Made by a program: the position numbers and the translations under genes
NCBI GenBank assembly: GCA_013239625.1
Contig: MU053934.1
Location: forward strand, 5,846,399-5,910,398
Source of the DNA: Lama guanicoe
Lineage: Eukaryota
Length of the DNA: 64,000 bases
Direction: 5' to 3'
Notes under the pieces: generated by a model
What the model saw: the letters and a program-made list of their open reading frames with translations, nothing else
The model's database searches: none
What the model was told of the DNA's origin: nothing
Shown here: one piece after another, positions 11,831 through 23,498 of the stretch
How the letters are laid out: each line of letters opens with the position of its first letter
How positions within the stretch are numbered: the stretch's first letter is position 1

Positions 11831-14794
11831 CCATCTTGCTCCAGAAGTCTTCACCTTCATTTATTCACAGCTCATTCAACAAACATTTACTGAACATAGG
11901 TAGAGGTGACAGTGAATGCCTGCCCAGAGATAGAGGGTGGTGTAAGAGGGCCAAAGATTAAGCCTTGGGAGCTCAGCATTTTAAAGGCAGAAATGGGGGC
12001 CCCAGAAAATGAGACTAGGGAGGAGTGAAGGCCCCCCCACTTCTGGCATGTGAATCCTCCCTCCTTCCCTTCTCTCTCACTTCCCCTGTTTCTCCTGACA
12101 GCCCTCTCCCTGAGCCCCTCCTCACTTTGAGCCCCACTCCTGCCCCTTGGGGCTCCCCACCCCTCCTGGCGGGAGAGTAGTCCCAGCCCAGCTCCCTTCT
12201 GTGTCACAGTCTGGTTGGATGTCAGGGGAGCCTTCTTCCACCATCAAAGACGATCAGGGTGCTCTGGACTCTTACACGGATGTAAAATCTAGGCATTCAG
12301 TTTAATCTCTGAATCAGCAGTAGCTGTAGCTGCTTCTCTCATCAGTTACCAAAAAGGCAAACTCACCTTGTCAGCACAGAATTCATTTCTTCCAACTCCA
12401 CACTGTCTAGTCCAATGAAAAACACCATTTCCTCCTATTGATATGCTCCCTGAGAAATGATTAAAAAAATTCCTTGGCCTAAAATGCATTTGCTATCCTC
12501 CTGGGGAATTTTACCACAAAAATGATAGAGGATAATGCCTCCATCTGAGCTACCAGGGAAGGACAGCTGTGTCTAGCAGAGGGATAACCAACCTGCACCC
12601 TTTGTGTTATAGGACCAAAAAATAAGTATATATTGCCATATGCGATGAGATTTTAAACTTTTTTGTTGTATAGCATAACTTAGAGGAAGTTGAGTAGTAC
12701 ATAGATCAGAATAAAATGCAATCTCCTTTTTAAGCACACCCTAACTTTTTAGGAGCTTACCAAGACCTCCAACTTATCTATTTCCCTTTGCCACACGTGC
12801 ACCCATTGCCCCGCTCTCACCGAATCCCACAAAGTTACTGAATGCGGCGTTTTAATCAGCAGTACCTCCACGCACACTGCTGGCTCTGCCTGCAATGCTC
12901 TGGCTGTTACTCATCGAGGTTTCATTTACCTGTCTGTCAAGACGTACCTCCAGCCACAACATCAATTACAGACGCCCTGCCCAAGGTGGATTTAGACCTC
13001 TCCCTCCTCTGTGCTTCCATGGCACCCTGTGGCCACCTACCCCTTTCGTAGCACAAGGCTCATGAATCTCACTCATTCCTGGCCCCAAAGTTCCACAAGG
13101 TCAAGGACAGGTTCTAGTTTGTCTTTGTGTTCCCTGGGCTTGGGGAGCCCTGGCACGAAGTGTTTGGTGATGCTTGGGAGATGACTAAATGAAAACACAG
13201 ATACCTGTGTTGGATTTTCTACTCCCTGTTTCTCAAAGTCAACCAGTCTTCCACATTGATGCCACCGTTGTCTTCCTACAGGCAAGATTTGATCATGTGA
13301 CTTCCCTGCTTAAAAGAAACTGTACTGGCTCCTGTTTGCTCTTTCTTAGTTTGTCACGGTCTAGTTTCACCCACTCCTTTGACCTCAGGCATTTTTTTAT
13401 CCTGATGATGCCCAAATTGCCAGCCCAGAACTTTCTCTAGTTTTGCATATAAAACAGCCTATTGTACTTAACCTATTCAGGTAGGGTCTTACACAGATCT
13501 TAAACTGGAAGAATCAGATTCCCATTTTCTTCTTCAAATCTTTTCCCTCTCTTGTGTCCTCTCTCAACTAATGGTATCATCAACCACTCATTTGCCCAAA
13601 CCTGACATCTGGGAGTCACCCTTAAGAGATGGGTGAAGAGCAAGAACTTGGCAGACAGATAAATGGTTTCAAATGCTGATCCTGCTACATCGTACCTTGT
13701 GACTTCAAGCAAGGTCCTTAACCTCCTTCAAATCTATAGGCTCTCATCGGAACAGTACTTCCCTTCCCAGATCACTGAGAGGCCTGAACGACAGAGTCCC
13801 CCACGGGCAGGGCAGGCACTACCACTGATTGCCTGATGACAGCAGAAGCTTCATAACAGGTATTCTGGCCTCCACTCTTGTTCCTTTTCAATCCTTTCTC
13901 CCTGTTGCTAGTGTGGCTTCTTCTAAAAACCAGCTTAGCTCAGTCATGTCAGCTTCCGGCTGAGCTGAACTTCTTTCACTTCCTCAAATGGACAGAGCTC
14001 TGCTCTCCCTCCGCAAACGCCGTTTCCTCTGCTGGGGCTGTGGGCTCCGTAAGCCATCTCTGCAGGCTGGCTCCCCGTTCTTTCTGCTCCTCACGTGAAT
14101 GTCGGGCTGCCTGCCCACCTGCAAGCCTCCATTAGAGTCCCTGTTGAGTGTCACTTTCCTCTAAAGTGCCTCAGTGTCCCTAATATAGCACTCATCCTAT
14201 GTCACCACAATGGTGGCTTCAGTGACTGTCACTTGTCACTAGACTTGGAGCCCCATAAGGCAAAAATCTCTGTTTTGTTCACCATATCTCTAGGATTTAG
14301 CACAGGCCTGGCCCCTAATAGGAGTTCAATACATTTTTAATTTATTTAACTTACTTTTTTAAAAACTTACTTTTAATAGGTCACACATGCACCTGGTAGA
14401 AAATCCAAAAGGTACAAAGGGACATAGAGTAAAAAAGTTAGTCTCTCTCCACCCTGATTCCCAATCACCTGCTATATCTGTCTTCTTGAGGCTCCTTCCA
14501 ACATGTTCTATGCAAATACAAGCATAAATTCGTATACACTGTAGGTGTGGTGGCTTGTTATACACAGTATGCTACACCTGGGTATTTTCTTACCCAACAA
14601 TGTATCTTGAAATATATTCCTTTTCAGCCTATGTAACTTTGTTTTTAATTGATACAGTCCTTTGTAAAGATGTATCATAAATTATTGAAGCCATCACCAG
14701 CCACTAGGTGTTTAAGTAGTTTTTAATCTTTTGCTATTACAAGCAATGTTACCTTGAATATCCTTGAACATGTCACTTTACACATATGTGAATA

Positions 14795-15282
14795 CAGATC
14801 TTCCTTCACCTTAAATGGGGTTATGTCCCCACAAACCCATTGTAAGTTCAAAATATCATAGGTCAAAAATGCGTTTAATACACCTAAATTACTGCACATC
14901 ATAGCTTAGCCTAGCCTACCTTAAACGTGCTCAGAACACTTACATCAGTCTACAGTTGGGCAAAACCATCTAATGCAAAGCCTTTTTTATAATAAAGTGT
15001 TGAATATCTCATGTCATGTATTGAATACTGTACTGAAAGTGAAAAACAGGATGGCTGTCTGGGTCCAGAATGGTTGTAAATGTATTGGCTGTTTACCCGG
15101 GTGACTGTGTGGCTGACTGGGAGCCTTGGCTCGCTGCCCGCACCCAGCATCACAAGAGTATTCTCTTAAATATCACTACCCCGGGAAAAGATCCAAATTC
15201 AAATCGAACTATGGTTTCTACTGAATGACTATCACTTTCTCACCATCCTGAAGTTGAACCATCGTAAGTTGAGGACCGTCTG
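14795..15282. mobile_element. MER47/Tigger5-type DNA transposon
   Basis: TA|CAGAT...GACCGTCTG|TA; catagcttagcctagcctaccttaaacgtgctcagaacacttac core. Confidence 0.85.
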
Positions 15283-15827
15283 TATATCCATAGAATAAAT
15301 TCCTAGAAATGAAATGGCTGAGTCAAACCATACACGCATTTCATAGTGTGTTAGTTTTGCCAGACTGATCTTATAGAAGCTCACCAGTTTACACACCCAT
15401 CTGTAATATCCTACTATACATTCTTCATATTCATGCCAATATTTTCAAAAGCCTTGCTCTATAGGCGAACTGATAGTAACAATAAGAATACCATCGAAGT
15501 TTTGTCATCTCTTTTTATAATTGAGGGCAAGCATCTTATAAACTTAAGATCCATTTGCAAAGTTAAAGGACAAATAACAAAGTGGGAAATTACAAATCAC
15601 ATCAATCAGACAAAAACAAACAAGCCAACGGACAACTGAACAAAAACTTGTACTGACACCTCATGAAAGAAGAGATCCAAATGGACAGTAAGGGAAATGT
15701 AAGTTAAAATCACACTGAGACTGCGCTGCATACCCACCAGAGTAGCTGAAATTAAGAAGTCTGGCAATACCAAATGTCCTGGGTGATGTGGAACAACAGC
15801 AACTGTTTGTATTTCTTTCCTGATCTA

Positions 15828-16350
15828 TTGTTTTACGTTTCTTTTGCTACATAACAAGTTAACACGAATTTAGTGGCTTAAAAGAACACATACATTTATT
15901 ATCTCACAGTTTATGTGGGTCAAGGATCCAGGCATAGCTTAGCTGGATCCTTGGCTCAGGGTCTCCCAGAGCTGTACGAGGTGTTGACTGGGCTGCATTT
16001 TCATTCAGAGGCTTATATGAGGAAGAATCTGTTTCCATGTTTATTCAGAGGGTTAGCAGAATTCCTTCCCTTGAGGCTGTATGACTGAGAGCCCCAGCTT
16101 TTTGTCGGGTGATGGCCTCCTGCATTTTCCGGAGACCACCCACAGTTCCCCGCCACGTGGGCTCCCTCAGCATACCTGCTCTTGATGCAGTTGATCTGGA
16201 ATTGACATCCTATGATTTTTGCCATATTCTATGGGTTAGATGTGAGTCACAGATTCTGCTCATACTTAAGGGGAGCAAATTACACAGAGGCATGGCACCA
16301 GGAGGTGGGAATTATTGGGAGTCACCATTAGGGTTGGTCAGCCACAACTG
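15828..16350 (-). mobile_element. MLT1-type MaLR LTR
   Basis: tttagtggcttaaaa...atttattatctcacagtt...ttagctggatcc phrases. Confidence 0.7.
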
Positions 16351-17407
16351 TTTATTGTGTGGGAAGGTTTTTTTGCCCAATTTATTTTTTTCCTTCTCTA
16401 TTTGCAAATGCCCTGTGGATTAAATGAGTTAACCCTTTGTTTGCCACATACGATGCCAATTCAAACCATTTTTGATAAATTAATAAAGGACTTCATGAGT
16501 CTCCTATTAGTTGTTCTACACAATTTAAGTGACAGCAACAGTGACTTCAGCAGGCATTTGTAGAGTCTGTTTCTCTTGCCTGGAAAGCTGAGCTGGGTCA
16601 AAGCACAGAATTTAATTAATGTTCAAGGATGGGTGAGAATATTGACTTGGGCTTGACTTGAAGTTGCTCTGGCTTTGATTTATGCCAAGATGAGTCCAAG
16701 AAGTATTGAAAAGAATAAACCTGTAAAGAGGCTGCTGATAGGAGGACCAGGCAGGTAGTCCACCTGAGTCTCCTGGGGATGCACCTGAAGCATCCTATGG
16801 AATGAGATGCTTGTCAGGTTGGCAGAGCATGGAACACTGAGTTTCCTGCCTTGTCTGCCTCCAGTGACGTTCGCACCCCAAGACATCTTATGTCGCCAGG
16901 TGATGCCATACATTCACCTCCCCAGTGAGCCACTTTACCTGTGACCGTTGTCCGGGTTCTGGGCTTTATAATGTTCACTGTGCCAGCTCTGGGCAGCCCC
17001 CAACCTGCGCCTGGACTACAGAGCCAAAGGGGAGTTGTTCGATTATTTTACCTAGGCCTCTCTCTCTCTCCTTTTTTTTTTTTTTAACCACGATAACCAC
17101 TCTGAATCACCCAGGACTCAGCCCCTAGGCTGTCTCCTCGAGGGACATCACAACTTTCAGGCCCTTTGTGTGAACCTCAGTGTTAGCCTTCACTACAGAG
17201 CACTGTAATTGATCTATTATATTTACATTTCTATTTCTTTCAGCTCCTTTACAAGATCTTCCAGGGCAAGGATCGAGTTTGATTTCCCCATAGACCTATC
17301 TGTCCAGCTGTCCCTGGGTGTCCTACAAGCTCATCACCATGAGTGTCCACATAGCACCCAAGCCTCTTTCGTTGCATCTTGTACATCAGATTGTAGTTTC
17401 ATGGGGG

Positions 17408-17557
17408 TTTTATTGTTTTTCTTTGGTGGGGGAGGGGTACTTAGGTTTATTTATGTATTTGTTATTATTATCATTTTTTAAATGAAGGTACTACGGATTG
17501 AACCCAGGACCTTGTGCATGCTAAGCACGCGTTCTACCACTGAGCTATACCCTTCCC
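17408..17557 (-). mobile_element. tRNA-derived SINE (Vic-1-like)
   Basis: gattgaacccaggacc...ctaccactgagctataccc. Confidence 0.88.
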
Positions 17558-20285
17558 TGTATAGTTTCCTGTTTAAAAGATTGTCTCTCCGACTAAATAG
17601 TGAGCAGCTGAGGGCAGAAACCATGTGAATTTTATCTCTTTTTGTATCCCCGGAGCCCAGCACCGTGCTTCCTATACAGGAGCTGGTCAATGAATGGTCA
17701 CTGATTTGAACTGAAAATCTGTATCTTCAGGGCCAGGTCCCGTGGGGGTACCTCAGAAATGCTCAGGATCCGTTCGTTACATTAGATTCTAGGAAAGATG
17801 CTTCTCCCACAGCCCTCTGCCCTCCCTCCTTCTCTTGCAGGCTTGGATTAACACTGAGAGCCAATAGTTTGTCACATAGCAACAATAGTAAAGAATGAGC
17901 TACTGCCGAATAGAGCAGAAGAAGCTTGGCTGCCGCGGCGAGCAGAGCAGAGCTATTTTGAGCTCCTTTAGGTAGAGTCACAGTCTGATAGGCCCACACA
18001 CTGTGGCGATAGTACCATCAGCTTAGGGGTACAAAGCACTGAAAACATCTTATTTGCATGTCTGTCTCTTTTGCCACCCTTTGGAAGACCTTTTAGAATA
18101 TCAAGTACCAAATTTTAGGTCATGGTTTTTCTTATTTTGCAGTCAGAGTTTTATTTGCCATATGATTAACATAGTTTAATATTCCACTGAATTACTGTGC
18201 AGATGTGCTAATTTAGAGATCAAACGACAATAAAACGCAAACGAAAAAGCAGGACTTCGGTCTCAGCCCAAACTTGCCAGCATGGCACATATTGTCCTTT
18301 GTGGCCTGGGCAGGCCCATTTTTCAGTGTCCTCTGCTGCTTGGCTGTTCCCATTAGCATGTGCTCCAGCCTTGGTGAGCAGCGGGTGCACCAGTGTGATA
18401 GGTGCTCTTGCTCACCAATTGTCCATCTTTGTTTGCCTTGAGAGAGCCTCACCACTCTGTCCAGGAACTATCTCCATGAGTTTCTTTCTAACTAGACGGT
18501 GTGCCCAGGGGACAGGAATAGTGTCTTTTCCATCTTGGAATCCACAGTATCCAGCAAAGTGCAGGGCACAGAGAAGATGCCCAGTAAAGGCTGGCTCAGC
18601 ATATGAGAAGTGCAAGGTCTTGGTCACCTTAGGCTGTGCCAGTCCCCTTCAGTCCTGATGCTGGGACACCACACCTAAGGACATGGACACATGGACAATG
18701 ATCAGTTCTGTGGTTGCTTTGTGTTTTGGCCCTCTGTGTTCTTATTTTATAGAAAAGATATTGTGAGTGTGTGTGTTTGTGAGTGTGTGTTTTTGTACAG
18801 AATTTTCTTCTTCCTTTATTCATTCATTCACTCATTCATTCATTCAACACACAATCATTGGCTGTAAATTCTGTGGTAGTTCCTGTCCAAGGAGCCAGAG
18901 ATATGAGGAAGCTGCTTCCTGTCCTAAGGGTTCAATGGTAAGAGGTCTATATGTGATGTTGGAAGACTTGAGTTCAAGCCTTCCCTTTGCCTCACTTTGG
19001 GGGTCTCGTAAAGGATATTTTACTGGCTTTAGAGCCCCAGTTTCCCAGATAATTAGTGAATGCAAATGCTTATTCTCCTTTGGTTGTAATTATAAATAAT
19101 CCAGGTCAAGATATTCAAGATTCCAGGAGAAAGGAATACTGGCTGGCACCTTGATGGACAGGTAAAATAGACCATGTCCTTTTCAGGGTCATAAGGTCCC
19201 TGTTGCTGCAGTAGAACAGATAAGAATGGACAGGCAGACGCCCCCAACCCAGACAAGATTCACAAATCAATGATGTCCTCTAATTTGTGCAAGAAGTTTG
19301 AATTGAGTTCTTACTATGGATCAGGTCTGGGTTAGGTGGTGGGGAGAAAGAGAGACGGACCACATGGTCACCCTTCCTGCTGCCGCAGGGAAGCAAGGAC
19401 TATATAGCACAGTGTGAAATGTGGGGTGATTCAGAAGTATAGGATGCTCGCCATGGGAGGGGGTGGGAGGAGCCAGGAACCTGAACTCAGGGGGATCAGG
19501 GACGACTTTTCAGAAGAAGGGATATGTGAGCTGAGACCTGAAGGGGGACTGGGAATTAGGTGGGTAAAAGGGATGGGGGAGGTGGGGGTTTCAGACAGAA
19601 AGGACGTATGTGTGGATGTCCCAGAAACACAGAAAGCATGGCAGGAGCAGAATAGAAATAGTTCCACTTGGCTGCAAGAGGGAAGTCGAAAGAAATGAGG
19701 TAGGTAGGCAAGAGCCACTTCTCGAACATGAAATTTTACCTTAACAGCAAAGAGGAACTATTGAAAGTTTTTGAAAAAGCACTTTTTGGTTCTGATTTCA
19801 CACACCACAAACATCTGTAATGCAGAATGAAAGCTCCCCATAGCACTGCTCTTACCCCAACATTGTTAACACCATGCTGCATATTCATTCCGTTTCTAAC
19901 CCAGTATTATTATTAATTACACTTGTAAAAATTAAAGTCATTCTTTACCTACAGTCCTATAATTTTCTTTTTGTCCTTAGGAATATATGGATATCTTCCT
20001 ATAGTAGCACATCCACATATCTGACTACTCTTTTTTTTTTTTTTTTGCAGGGGGAAGTAATGAGGTTTTGTTGTTGTTGTTTGTTTTTATTTTTTAACAT
20101 CTTTATTGTGACATTCATATACAGCAAACAACACATAATTCAGAGGTACACTTTGATGAATTTTGATAGATGTCTACACCCATGAAACCACCACTACAAT
20201 CAAGATAGCTAAAGAATAAAGTCCAGTAAGACAACAGTGATAAATAGTGAAATAATGAGACATCAATGGATTGAAGGTCAACCGG

Positions 20286-21222
20286 CCTCTTTCCCCACTG
20301 GTAACCATAAGTTTGTTCTCTATGTTTGTGAGTCTGTTTCTGTTTTGTAGATATGTTCATTTGTGTCCTTTTTTTATATTCCACATATAAGCAATATCAT
20401 ATGGTATTTTCCTTTCTCTTTCACTTAGAATGACAGTCTCCAGGTCCATCCACATTGCTGCAAATGGCTTTATTTTGTTCTTTTTTATGGCTGAGTAGTG
20501 TTCTGTTGTATAAATATACCGCAGCTTCTTTATCCAGTCATCTGTCAATGGACATTTGGGTTGTTTCCATATCTCGGCTATTGTAAATAGTGCTCCTGTG
20601 AACACTGGGGCACATGTGTCTTTTCGAATTATATTTTTCTCTGGATATATGCCCAGGAGTGGGATTGCTGGATCATATGATAAGTTTATTTTTAGTTTTT
20701 TAAGGACACTCCATACTGTTATCCATGGTGGCTGTGCCAATTTACATTCCCACCAACAGAGTAGGAGGGTTCCTTTTTCTCCACACCCTCTCCAGCATTT
20801 ATCGTTTGTGGACTTCTTAATCATGGCCATTCAGACAGGTGTGAGGTGACATCTCATTGTAGTTCTGATTTGCATTTCTCTAACAAATAGTGATTTTTGA
20901 GCATCTTTTCAAGTGCTTGTTGGCCATCTGGATGTTTTCTTTGGAGAGATGTCTATTTAGGTCTTCTGCGCATTTATTGATTGCGTTGCTTGGGGTTTTT
21001 TTAATATTAAGCTGTATGAGCTGCTTGTATATTTTGGAAATTAGTCCCTTGTTGGTTGCATCATTTGCAAATATTTTCTCCCATTCTGTAGGTTGTCTTT
21101 TTGTTTTATCGATGGTATCCTTAGCTGTACAAAAGCTTTTAAGTTTAATTAGGTCTCATTTGTTTATTTTTGCTTTTATTTCCATTATTCTAGGGGCTGG
21201 TTAAAAGAAAATATTTCTGTGA
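20286..21222 (-). mobile_element. 5'-truncated, relatively young L1 (ORF2 C-terminus + partial 3'UTR)
   Basis: ORF 20357..20830 [21 protein letters not shown]...[12 protein letters not shown]...WKQPKCP matches the L1 ORF2p Cys-rich C-terminus. Confidence 0.93.
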
Positions 21223-21331
21223 TAAGGTTTTTTTTTTTTCATTTAAATTTTTTAATGGAGGTACTGAGGATTGAACCTAGGCTCTTGTGCATGCTAAGCA
21301 CATGATCTACCACTGAGCTGTACCTACCCCT
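21223..21331 (-). mobile_element. tRNA-derived SINE head (its tail lies at ~20031-20066, beyond the L1)
   Basis: ggattgaacctagg...ctaccactgagctgtacc; tail motif gggggaagtaatgaggttt at ~20050. Confidence 0.8.
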
Positions 21332-21473
21332 CCTTTATACCTACTCATTTTTAAATGACTACGTAATATCTCATCAGCATAAGACTGTTTCATTGTTTGT
21401 TTTTTATCATGGTAAAACAAAATATATATATATACTACATATATATATATCATAAAATTTATAACCATTTTTA

Positions 21474-21613
21474 ACTTTTTTTTATTTTATTGGATTTGGG
21501 GGGTGGTAATTAGGTTTGTTTGTTTGTTTGTTTTTAATGGCGGTACTAGGGATTGAACCCAGGACCTCATGCAGGCTAGGCATGCACTCTACCACTGAGC
21601 TATACCCGCCCCC
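21474..21613 (-). mobile_element. tRNA-derived SINE (Vic-1-like)
   Basis: A/B boxes; TSD taaccattttta 21462-21473/21617-21628. Confidence 0.9.
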
Positions 21614-22184
21614 TCTTAACCATTTTTATATTTTTAAATAAATTGTGGTAAAATACATGTAACATAAAATTTACCATGATAATCATTTTTAAGCTCACAG
21701 TTAAGTACATTCACACCATTGTGCAACCATCATCACCATTCATCTCCAGAAGTTTTTCATCTTATCAAATTGAAACTCTGTACCTCTTAAACATTAATTC
21801 CTCATTCTTCCCAGCTCCTGGCAACTACCATTCTACTGTCTGTCTCTATGAATTTGACTCCTCCAGGTACATTATACAAATGGAATCACATCCATTGTTG
21901 TTGTTTTTTAACCATTCACGTAGAGATGGGCTGTTGGCTTGTTTCCCCCTTTCTTGGGTTGGGGAGGAACTGTCACAATGCTACAGGGATATTTTCATCT
22001 CTGTGCTACTTGCAGAATATATCCTAGAGATACTGGGATTTTCAAAGTCTATAAACATTTGGTATGAACGTAAACATTTGTACCACACTCTATTCCCACT
22101 AACAGTATTGGAAAGCACCAATTCTCCACATTCCTGCCAATATTGGCTATAAAAATTTTTTTAAGAACAGATTTTATTAACGTG

Positions 22185-22677
22185 GCCGAGTAACAATGGA
22201 ATATTATTCAGCTGTAAAAAGAACGAACTACTGCCATTTGCAGCAACATAGGTGGACCTACAAATTATCATATTAAGTGAAGTAAGTCAGACAGAGAAAG
22301 ACAAATATATGATATCACTTATATGCGGAATTTTAAAAAAATGATACAAATTCTATTTACAAACCAAAAACAGACTCACAGACATAGAAAACAAACTATG
22401 GTTACCAAAGAGGAAAGGTGGGGAGGAATAGATTAGGGGCTGGGGATTAACAGACACACGTTACTATACATAAAATAGACAGAAAACAAGGACCTACTTT
22501 ATGGCACAAGGAACTATATTCAATATTTTATGATAACCTATAATGGAAAAGAATCTGAAAAAGTATATATATAGATATACATATATCTTATATATATAGA
22601 TAGATATCTGAATCACTTTACTATACACCAGAAACTAACACGACATTGTAAATCAACTATACTTCATTTAAAAAAAG
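22185..22677 (+). mobile_element. L1 3' end (ORF2 tail + 3'UTR + polyA)
   Basis: gccatttgcagcaacat...aagtgaagtaagtcagacagagaaagacaaata...ttgtaaatcaactatacttca. Confidence 0.88.
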
Positions 22678-23465
22678 ACATTTTTATATACAAAGTATAT
22701 AATTTATATATAAAGTATATAGTTTTGTGCTTCACTAAAAATGTTCAGATTAATGTTTTGAAGTAGTTAGGGAAGAACAGATCTTATTAAATGTGTGATA
22801 TAAAAGAAATCTGTTCTTGCAAACACAGTCAACATTTTACAATAGCATATAAATCAATAGTTCCTTGTGATGGATGTGCAGCCTCTTCCACAACCCCATT
22901 CACGTTCAGATTTGCAGGAGCAACCCAAGCTCGTGAACCATTTTTCCCTTGATGACAAGTGCTTTGGAAAACCTTTGTTGAGACTATAAAAGCCCTTTTT
23001 AGTTTAATTTTTGTGAATAGGTGATACTTGCACATTGTTCAACATTCTTGATTGGAAAATAATTAGGGAAGTAGGATCTGTGGGACTTGACAATTGAGTG
23101 TGAGGAAGAAGGAAGAGGGAGGACTCTGTGGATTCATGGATGGTGTCCAGATTTTCAGCTGGACAAATAGAGGGAGAGTGGAATTATTCCTAGGAATAGG
23201 GAATACACCAAAAAAGGTATAGATCCTGGGGAAAGGGGCCCAGTGCCTGTGGATCATATGGATTGCATCTTGACCAGGTACAACTGATGGATTCACCCTG
23301 GAGTAATACCTTTCTCTTCCTACTCTCGTGTCCACTATCTAGGGGTCTCCTTTTGGCAATCAGGGCACCTGGGAAGCTGGATTAGTGATCAGAAGGTTTC
23401 AAGGTGAAGAGAGAATGTCTTAAAGGAGTTGGATGACCCTGTGAGACATTCCTTCTGACTGTTGA

Positions 23466-23498
23466 GCTCCTGGGCTACCACTCTGGTAGCCCAGGAGC
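23466..23498. repeat. Perfect 15-bp inverted repeat, 3-nt loop
   Basis: GCTCCTGGGCTACCA-ctc-TGGTAGCCCAGGAGC. Confidence 0.95.

Noticed and set aside
20357..20830. 157-aa ORF as a host gene
   Set aside because: Truncated L1 ORF2 C-terminus; the zinc-knuckle His appears replaced by Leu
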